DNA of 64,000 nt from Utricularia gibba (lineage: Eukaryota; Plantae; Magnoliophyta), in NCBI GenBank assembly GCA_002189035.1, contig NEEC01000018.1, positions 2,108,001 to 2,172,000 of the forward strand. The letters are read 5' to 3'. A program made the position numbers and the translations under genes. This document shows positions 54,792 to 64,000 of the stretch, one piece after another. The notes under the pieces were generated by a model. The model was not told the DNA's origin and made no database searches. It was given only the letters and a program-made list of their open reading frames with translations. Positions within the stretch are counted from its first letter, which is position 1. The number at the start of each line of letters is the position of its first letter.

Positions 54792-55288
54792 ATATTCAAG
54801 CACCTCTGCTTTCTGGCCCCCTTGAGAGTTATCTACTGTAATGGCCCTGTTGATAATCGTTGTGTCATTCTCCATGGATCTAGATGAGTACATCTTGAAA
54901 CAACAAGAAGAGGAGGAGAGGAAGCGCCAGATGCTAGAGAGAAGAAGGCCGGGCTCTCTTGCATTCAATTAAATGTTGTTCCTCTTTTCATGGATTTTTT
55001 TTTTTTCAAATTCTCTGCCGCAGATGAAGAACCTTAACCAGACCTATTGTAGCCAAGATGGGATCAGAGGTTTCGGTTCATGCAAAAAATTGTGTTGATA
55101 AATTTCTTGTATTTGAGATTTCGCAACCAGAGGCTTGGTCTCCCCAAATGCTAGATGATTCCTAGCACTTGCGCTACAATTATTGCTGTAAAATGCTATC
55201 TGATCATTAATTTTTTCTTTAATGCGAGTAACTGCAGGTTTGACACAACATGAGATCCTACCCTTGTACGCCATTCCAGTAACCTAGT
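54792..55288 (+). repeat. Diverged direct copy of 39257-39746 (last exon and 3' flank of the unknown gene)
   Basis: Colinear matches such as CATCTTGAAACAACAAGAAGAG, TTGTAGCCAAGATGGGAT, GTAACTGCAGGTTTGACACAACATGAGATCCTACC. Confidence 0.92.
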
Positions 55289-55311
55289 GACAAAACATGA
55301 GATCCTAACCT

Positions 55312-56115
55312 TGCTCACGTCCTCGGACTGCTTAAGATAAGGCTCGACGACACTAGTAGCAGCCGCCTGTCTTGCTTCACAATCATGTTAAAATTTAGGA
55401 TAAGATGAGTTGGACGAATATATATGAAACCCAAGTACATAAAAAACGTAGATCATATTAAAAAAAATTAAACCTAACTAATTACCAGTGATATGCAATC
55501 TCGTATATATTTAACTATTTCATTTTAATTTTTCGATAAGGTATTATTGTTCTGAAATTGTAATTGCTGTTTTTTTTACCTATAACCTAAGTATTACTTA
55601 CAATCACAAAATAAAAGTCTTAATCAGATTGAATACTAGCTCGATTTGAGGTTAAATATTAGAACAAATAATCACATATTAAGATTTAAAAGTTAAATAG
55701 TTAAGTATATAAAAAAATATAAATCATTAGTAATTAATTGGCCGTTATCTTTTCTAATATGATTTATGTTTTTTTATATACTTGGGCTTTACATGTACTT
55801 GCTTGACCCATTGAATTCTTAATTTTAACATTGTATCAAAGTGTATTTACCTTACGGCATAAGTTAGGTGGCCAAGATCAGTTTCGTGCTGATCTAAGTT
55901 TCAATTAAAAAAAACAAAGAGATGCATGGCTTAGGCGACAAAAATTAAATCAATTTATGACCTGATCACTATGTACAATTACAAAAAAAAGTATTAACCA
56001 GATCAAAGACTAGTTTAACTTGACAGCAAATATTAAAACAAATAATCCCACATATCCAAAAGTTGATGATGCACTTGTAACCAATTTATCTGTTAAGCTG
56101 AATAAATACATCTCT
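55312..56115 (-). pseudogene. Two remnants of a duplicated fucosyltransferase CDS (55312-55384 and 56048-56115)
   Basis: They match 39816-39888 and ~40011-40078 of the FUT gene; the intervening and remaining CDS is missing. Confidence 0.85.
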
Positions 56116-56332
56116 ACTAACTCTTGTATTAATCTTAGTTTAGACTTGATATTCAATCATGACAAAATATAATGTGTTAACCTTCACAAAGCAAACATCT
56201 CAATATAATGTTCGACCGTAATTCCACTATGTTCATACTTGATTAATGTTTGATTAAGACTTAGTTTATAAATTTATTTCATATAATAATTAACAATTGT
56301 ACAACAACATGCTAAATTTTCTGTTTATCATA

Positions 56333-57108
56333 TACCCAATATTTAAAATTCAACAACGAAATTAACTTGGCCATTCTTTAGGTGCAGCTGGTTAATAAAA
56401 TCTCAAGAAAGTCAACCCAATTCAATTGATGTGTTCTATTGGCTTTCTTTATCCAAGGGCAAGTGAAACCAACAAATGTTGACTCCCCAGATACGCCTTT
56501 TTATTTTGAATTCACTTAACACATTACATGTCATAAACAGACAAACGTCTAGAGAAAGAAATCAGGGTTTTGTTATAAATACGATGAGTACATGTTACTG
56601 TTCTTCTTCAAGTCGTATCTATTCTCGTAAAAATGTCGGGCAAAGAGAATATCTTTGATGGGTAACGTATCATTAATGACAGAAGAAATGTGAATTCATA
56701 GCAGCTCCGTTGGACGAATTTGAGATTAGGCTGCAATTAGCTAAGTCTCCAAAAAAGTTTGTGCATGGATTCTGATGTTATTAGGTTTGGTTTGACAAGA
56801 TGCTTTAATTAATTCAGTACTAAATATGATAGGAATTAATTTACATAGAAATGAATGATTACCCATAGAAAATTTTATAATAAAGTTTATGCATAATATT
56901 ATTAAAACACCTATAATAAATAGTTGGAAAAACAATTTTTAAAATAAAAAGGATGATATTGTATTTTATCATAATTGGATCAGCTAAACTCATCTAATTC
57001 ATGGGTTTATGTTTCAATATGAAAATATTTAATCTATAGTACTAAATATCATTATTTATTTAACATATGATTAATATGAATTACTTAATTTAAATTACTT
57101 ATATATGT
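56333..57108 (+). repeat. Diverged direct copy of 44371-45085 (GT4 upstream region)
   Basis: Colinear, for example TTTAGGTGCAGCTGGTTAATAAAATCTC, CCCAATTCAATTGATGTGTTCTATT, CCGTTGGACGAATTTGAGATTAGGCTG. Confidence 0.92.
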
Positions 57109-59699
57109 TGGAAGATGATGAAGCGATTTTTGAACAATCTGACCAAATCGTGTGAATTTGATGAAATAGATCTGGAAGGATTGTCATGCAAAATGGATAT
57201 AAGTGTGGCTAGTATTTGTAACTAGAATTTCCTAAATCTGTTCATGTTCAAGTGATGTTTTGTCCGTTATTTTTTTCCTTTAGAGCGTCCACGTAAAATT
57301 TGGTGTTTTTTTTTTTTTGCATCAAATTACACAAACACAAAGTTATTATTGAATCAAACACAATTATGCCAAGCTATTCATTGATATTCCTTTTTGTGCC
57401 TTTTAGCTACATGCTAAAATATAACAGAATGGGTAGACACAAAAAGGAACAATACTGTTTGGGTATGTAAATTGCTCTAATTTTGATCTCAAAACTTACC
57501 ACATCCAAGGCAACCTCTTCCAGTTGTAATTCTTCTCATGTACTCGTTTTGGTGTATAGGAGATAGAAATTCTTAAACCTCTGTTTGATTTTTTCTTCTA
57601 CTATGCATCCTCAAAGTTGTTCATATTTATTTCTTTCACCAATGAATCTTCAATCTTCATAGAATTCTGCAAAAGCACAAAATGGAATTGACTCAAATTG
57701 ATCATCCCCCTTCTTCCCGCATTGGCAATCAACAACTACCAAGAGATGCACAAACAAGAACCCTAAAATTTCTAGCAGCAGTGCGACAGCTTCTCCAACT
57801 TGATTTAGAAGTCTTTGTGATCATAAATGATAGTGGCATCTGCTTTGTTGCCGTTCTGCATGAGGTTTAGGAAAGGAGCGAGATGGGGTATTAGAACACA
57901 CAATTCTACATTAGGATTTGAAATTAATATGATCAAGTATATAAAAAATTATAAATTTCAAATAATCAATTAAACCTAATACTTTTTAATATGATTTACA
58001 TTTATTGTATACTTAAAATTTCTGTATATTTGCTCAACCCGTTGGCTCCTGAATTTCAACAACGGGGCAGATCCCAGTCATTGTCTTTGTCCTTCTATTT
58101 ATAGCTTTGGAAACACACCTCTTTATAATGGGTTAAGTTTGAGCGTGGTTGATGATTGACAGCGTTTATGCAACTCATTTAACGCAGGAAACGATCTATT
58201 CGGGATGTTGTAGTATTCTTCCATATTGTTATCATATACAAGTATGTGTGAAAACGAATGCACTTGTGAAGATTTGTATAACGGCCATCAGTTTAAGTGT
58301 TTTAAGTTTCACTATTCATGCGTATCTGCCTTGCAGTAATTTTTCTTATTACCTGAATAAATGATTGGTTGAAATTAAAGGAGACATCCACTGAGAACGT
58401 TGTGACATGAAGCATTACCTTAATAATTAGTTCGTCTTATATTTTCCAGTTTCCTTGCGTTAACTAGAGTTACCTATGATTTTGTTAGTGACCACTTGGC
58501 TTCAAGGAGTCGAAACACTAACTAACATTAAAACACCTAAACTTAATAATCAGTAATCAGTGGCGGCCGATGTCCATTAGTGTGGGCTACATTCTTATTT
58601 AATTCCATGTACTGTGTGCTTGACCTACTCTCTCACCATGAAATATTAAGTTGCTCATTGAAGGAAGATTTCTAGCTCACGATCTTGGAGCTTAGGTAGC
58701 AGGTTTTTTCTTGAGAAAAATTCCTTTTTTTTCCACACTTTTATGAGTTCACAGTCTACATCTTTATAGTTGCTTTTCTTAATGGTAATAAGTATAGCTG
58801 CTGACTTTTTGAAATCTAAACCAATTGGGATGTTGGACTGGTTCGTTGGGCCTTCGCCCTCTCGTTTTTGATCTCTCAAATCCAGCCCCATTTGACTTGG
58901 CCCAACTCTTGGTCCAGCTCTCTATCCAATATGTATTCCATCTTCTTTCTGACCTAGCACTTCGAGGCAGCGCTCTTCTTTCTCCCATGGTTTCAGCAGG
59001 TGGACCTGAAATATCTCTTCATGCTCTAACACTCATAAACTTATACACAGAAAAGTAAACTGGTGTGTAAATGATCAATTATATCCCATTTTACACAAAA
59101 TATAATCTAGTTTAAAATATTTAAATCACCAAATTCGATATTCAACTCATCATTTTGACCAAAAATTATACTAAAATTAACATGAAGAAGGTTTACTAAA
59201 ATATGTGCCGTCAAGATGCATGACCAATAACTTTGAAACTTCAGGCCGCTTGATCAGAGGATAGAGATATAACGTGGTTCCAAACCCATTTTCTAGATGT
59301 TGGATCGCGCAGAGTAAATGGTTATCAGTGTTGTCACTGATGTTGTGGTGTGTGTATGACACTACGGTTGTATTTGATGATCAAACACAGAGTGAAAGAA
59401 GCAGAGTACTTTCCAAATGAATAAAACAGAGCACTCTTACATCAGCAGAAGAAACAAAAACTGCACTCATAATCGACGGAGCAGACTAGACTTGATACTA
59501 GTAAACTTTAACTAACTCAACCGAAAAACAATGGGGGAAAAACAGGTACTTATTTGCTAGTGGTCTTGATCATGGACCAAGCTCAGCCTCGAAAACGATC
59601 ACTACTTCCAGCCGTGTCAATAAACACTGGGTGATCTTCATCAGGTCGCTGAATGTCCTTCCGGCCCATTACATGAATAATGAGACTTGGCTTCAGTGC

Positions 59700-59855
59700 T
59701 TCACTAGATTTTATTCAGTTTTCGTGGAGCTACTATTTTTATAGCTCCATAGATTGGAGAAACCAGCCAAACGGTGGAATGGTCTACGTGCAATCGAGCA
59801 ATAGGACAGGTGGGAATTTTACAAATTTGGGTATGAACCCCGGAAATACATTCCT
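59700..59855 (+). pseudogene. Frameshifted GT77 (nucleotide-diphospho-sugar transferase) fragment
   Basis: DWRNQPNGGMVYVQSSNRT then, in a shifted frame, EFYKFGYEPRKY; compare NHNCGFMYIRSNPRTIRFLKFWYDSR in the gene at 62.2 kb. Confidence 0.7.
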
Positions 59856-60205
59856 AAACACGAGGAGGATGATGCAGAAAGCCAGCACAATATTAAGGAT
59901 CCGACTAAAAGACGACGGCTTCTTGAACTTGCCGATGGCGGAGCTCATCTTAACCGATGCCATGGTGCTGGATGACAAATTTAGGACCATCAGCTTCTTA
60001 TAGCCCTCATACAAAACACTTCCCAATCAAATTATTTAAGCAAAAGACCAAAAAAAGAACTGGAAATCTTGGCATTTCGTGTGGTTCCAAAAACAGTGGG
60101 AGAACATGTTTTTCTTAAGCAATATAATTTGGGTTTCTGTACCCAATATTCAAAATTCCTCAAGAAAATTAATTTTGCCATTCATTAGGTGCAGCTGGTT
60201 AATAA
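59856..60205 (-). pseudogene. 5' fragment (start, TM region and proximal promoter) of a GT4 duplicate
   Basis: Matches ~44090-44435; encodes MASVKMSSAIGKFKKPSSFSRILNIVLAFCIILLVF and then breaks off. Confidence 0.9.
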
Positions 60206-60217
60206 CTCAAAGACGTA

Positions 60218-60674
60218 TGTTGAGAATCAAGTAGTTTCAGGGTTGTCTTGTCTGAAGAACTTCTCATATCGAATCGAGTCGACAGTTACCAGTTCCTGAA
60301 ATCACGAGTCTTGATCCTACTTTCACCACAAACTCCCAGTGGCGGCCCCGTTCACTAAGCCCTAGACAGGGAATTCGTGGACTCATCCTCTAACATCGTC
60401 TGCCTTAATGCTCCGGGTATGGATCTACATTATGTATTTGGATAGATGTCTAGTGTAGCATCTACATTTGTTTTGACAATGGTATCAGTGCTAGCAATTA
60501 CACTACAATGTGGGTAGTTACCTAAATTTGTACCTAAGGATGTGCCTCGTCATTTGGGATCTTTTTTCCTTCTTTCTTTCGTTATTTGACAAGTATATTA
60601 CAAATTAAATGCCCTTCATCCATCGGGACCACCACATCACAAAACTAGACAGCAATTATGCTGTCTAGTTTTGT
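60218..60674. repeat. Copy of the GT90/DUF604 intergenic region: direct 48363-48714, then inverted 48741-48866, then a foldback palindrome
   Basis: Direct match up to TACCTAAGG; reverse-complement match GGATGTGCCTCGTCATTTGG...CAAAACTAGACAGCAATTATGC; 16-bp perfect inverted repeat 60639-60674. Confidence 0.92.
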
Positions 60675-61215
60675 AATAGTAAATTCTTGATTAATTAAAT
60701 ACTATGTTAATAATTTCATCTTGAATTATGCTAACTAGAAAACAGTAAATTCTTGATTTTCAATTCCTGATATTTCCAGGGGATTAATTTCCTAATCTAG
60801 CCTATGGTTGGCAAAGCCATGCTTAGGTAGGAGTACATGAGGGTTGTTGGCTAATGAGTCATGAGGAGTGAAGTTATTCATGATTTCCTGTAGGCTGTGT
60901 TAAATGGGCGCATAATCTATGGTTACCAAGCCTATGTTCATCAAGATGCTTTTCTCCGCAATGCATTTTCTAGACGTTTATTATACACTTGTGTTTTTGT
61001 TTTTGTTTTTGTTTTTTTGAAGGAGCGAGAGATTAAATGCTTAGCATTTGGGAGAGAATGGGTGACACCTCATTTATTGTTAGCCGTGTTCAATTAACCT
61101 GGAAGTCGTCCCTCAGTTTCATCCATGGAGTTACGGTATCCACATTTGATGTTGATCCATGGAGTTACTGCTGTATCCCGCTGTTCAAATTATGAATGGT
61201 TTCAATTTGCATATC

Positions 61216-61224
61216 TATATAAAT
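61216..61224 (+). promoter_or_regulatory. TATA box of the GT77 gene
   Basis: TATATAAAT 55 nt upstream of ATG 61271. Confidence 0.55.
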
Positions 61225-61270
61225 GGTTCGGGCATTGAACAGCTAACCCACGCATAGCGCCGAGAATGAA

Positions 61271-62596
61271 ATGAGTTCGCCGGTGGCGGGAGGTGGCACC
61301 TCCTCCTTGGATTCCCACGGGAATCCAAGTAATTTGAAGAAACGCCGCCTTTTTATTGTCGCCGGAAGGGATGTCCAGTTGACCGTGTTACTTTTTGTAG
61401 TATTAACTCTCATTGTCATCACTACCATGCAACTTGGGTATGGTGATCCAAACCTGCTGTTTTGGAGACCTTCTACAGCGCCATCCGGATCTTGTGATCT
61501 CTCCTGGGAGCCTCCGGTAAAATGATCATCTTTCTCCAGTAGCATACGCTAGAAAAATCTGTAACTGGTTAACGACGGAGTGATGTGTAGCCTTACTGAA
61601 CTGAAAATTTGGTGCGAGACAGTTCACAGCAGATAAGCAGAAGCTGAAGAACATGTTAGAAGATGCGGTGATGGAGGACAAGAAGACAGTGATTCTAACA
61701 ACTATAAACGCAGCCTGGACGGAACCAAATTCGACCTTCGACTTGTTCATGGAGAGCTTTCGAGTTGGAAATCAGACTCAACACCTACTCAATCATATGA
61801 TACTTTTCTCGTACGACCAAGTTGCATATTATCGCTGCTTGGCATTAAACCTCCATTGCTTCCCACTGCACACCGACAATGACTTTGGTGGCGAGAAGGT
61901 TTTCATGAACGCAGAATACTTAAACATGAACTGGGGAAGGCTTGACCTTCTGAGAATCGTGCTTGAATTGGGATACGATTTCCTTTTCACGGTAAATGGT
62001 TTCACCTTCTATGCAGTTATTATTGACATGAGTTGGGATGATAAAAACACATGTATTGCTTAATTTTTCAGAGTGTTACCTTTAATTGCGAGGGGCATTT
62101 TTTTTAGAAGTTTCATGAAAATTTTCAGGACGTAGATATATTGTGGCTGCGTAATCCACTGCATCATTTCTTCCCGGAAGGGGATTTTCAGATGGCATGC
62201 GACTTCTACAGGTTTGGACCCACGGATAGGAGAAACAACCACAACTGCGGATTCATGTACATCAGGTCCAACCCCAGGACAATACGATTCCTCAAATTCT
62301 GGTACGACTCTCGAGATTATGATCTTTCAGATCACGAACAGAATGTGCTCTACGTACTCAAGTTCAATCCGGTAGTAGATGAGATGAACATGACGATGCG
62401 CTTCTTCGATACTAACTACATCAGCACTTTCTGCCAGCCAAGTAGGGATCTGGATCATGTGGTGACCATGCACGCAAACTGTCGCGTTGGCCTCCGCGCG
62501 AAACTCCGTGCTCTTACAGTCGTGCTCAACGACTGGAAGAGGTATATCACGTCGTCAGAGAGGAACAAATCTTGGTCAGTCACCAGGTTTCCTTAG
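61271..62596 (+). CDS. GT77 nucleotide-diphospho-sugar transferase family protein, 3 exons
   Basis: TM segment, MEDKKTVILTTINAAW, FDLFMESFRVG, LELGYDFLFT/DVDILWLRNP (DxD), DFQMACD, GFMYIRSN, HEQNVL, FCQPSRDL..V.TMHANC; the acceptor of intron 1 is ambiguous in phase. Confidence 0.92.
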
Positions 62597-63532
62597 TGAT
62601 CTGTATCGTTTATATTTGTTATTTGAACACAGTGTTTGCTGTGGTGCCTCATTGTTTTGGGATGAAGAGGTTAACCATTCAATCGTCCACAATCTCAGAG
62701 AGCAATAAATAAGAAACAGTATCATTATATGCTAAATAAATAAGCAAAAGTTTTATATGTGATGTTCTTCTTCTTCATCATTCGTGAAACTCTGCATGCG
62801 CGCTTGGAAGTTGGAACGTTGTAAGGACCAATCTCAAACCATAACCCTAAATCCCATAAAATAAAATGATATTAATGGAAATCATATTGATTATAAATAC
62901 GAATAGTTCGAAATTCTTATAGTCAAACCATTTGTTTCGTGAAATTTGTTGATGTTTCGTTCTTTGGCGATCAAATTCCAACAAGTTTCGTCCACTTGAG
63001 TTGAACCTGAATACAAATGCATTGTTTGTTATTGGACAAACTATCAAAATGATACCTTTAGTAGTAATTATATGTGCTTATTATAAAATGTTCTTTTGTT
63101 TTCTTATCGCTTTTTTACTGTTTTTCATCTCCAGATGATTTTCTTTGTCCATTTGTGGTTTCTCGGGACTATCTTGCCGCCATTTGTCCTGGTTGGCAGA
63201 AGTCACATTAAAACCTAAAACTGGAAAATGGATTACGAATTTATATTTGTGTATTGACTTGGTCTGTTATTTTCTCCTTTTTCTTTTCCGTGACACGATC
63301 TGAATCAGGGCACAGGATCAAAATGATGCTCGAAAATATTCCGGCGGCTTGAGTGGTAACGAAAATACCCGTATAACACGGCACAAAATAACAAGTAGCA
63401 CCCCAGGTTCACTTCAAACCAACGAGTCGTACAACGACTTTTTATTATCTTCAGCACAGATCGACAGAAACTCTTACAAAAGGTCCATACTTAGCATTGA
63501 AACAGGGACGCAAATGTTCGCCTCTCAGAACA

Positions 63533-64000
63533 TTAGGATAAGATCCAATGTTCGCCGTGGACGCCCACTCGCAATCCATGAATCTTAGCAAATAGGTTAA
63601 CCGCTCTGTTCACACCATCCATAACAACATCGTGGCCAAAGAGGACACCACCAGGGCGCAATACCTGTTGTACAGACATTACATATGGTAACAATAACGT
63701 CATCCAACACCAGTCAGGCACTATAGAAACTTGTATATATACATATTAAACACATCCTATCATTTTATCCAGGGACTACTCTCCAGAAAAGATTCTAACA
63801 GCCGGGGTATCACCCTAACTGAGTCAATCTTTGGAACACTGGTTTGGATTTTGTTTTCTAATTTCGCATTTTCAGGAGATTTTTCTGAACATTAAATAGA
63901 AAAATATAATTCTTGCAAATGGTAGGTTGATTAGTAGGAGCAAAAAGTTTCATGGATTATATTTACCTTGTAGCCGTTGTTGATGTCATCCCAGGCGGAG
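63533..64000 (-). CDS. 3' end of a class I SAM-dependent methyltransferase (Methyltransf_24-like); runs off the window
   Basis: SAWDDINNGYK (64000-63967), GT-AG intron, then VLRPGGVLFGHD...GVNRAVNLFAKIHGL...GEHWILS* (63664-63533). Confidence 0.82.

Noticed and set aside
57480-57870. Exon-like fragment with a GTAAGT donor, possibly a transposase remnant
   Set aside because: Multiple stops and no diagnostic motif
58655-59362. Short ORFs in the decayed region
   Set aside because: No match to cluster genes or known domains that I can recognise

Overview
Gene-dense eudicot nuclear DNA with mostly 60-110 nt introns and about 22 protein-coding loci in 64 kb; the species cannot be determined from the sequence. 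The first ~38 kb holds ordinary genes: UMAMIT/WAT1-like, a zinc-ribbon protein, a divergent SUMO, a type-A response regulator, ALDH3, ubinuclein, MEX1, a DUF218-like protein, Dof, LSM3, SEC5, DRT102, AHL and CML. It also holds an unannotated pair of box C/D snoRNAs. From 39.8 kb to the right edge, every recognisable gene is a predicted glycan-modifying enzyme, and they come from unrelated families: GT37 fucosyltransferase, GT4, GT90/CAP10, DUF604 (GT31-like), GT77 MGP4/RGXT-like, a second GT77, and a SAM methyltransferase cut off by the window end. I read this as a candidate polysaccharide biosynthetic gene cluster (inference). Inside it lies a fragmented, rearranged duplicate (54.8-60.7 kb) of the 39.2-48.9 kb block. 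Four single-base frameshifts at G/C runs may be assembly errors, and several introns look recently gained. All family assignments come from recognising motifs by eye; no database search was run.
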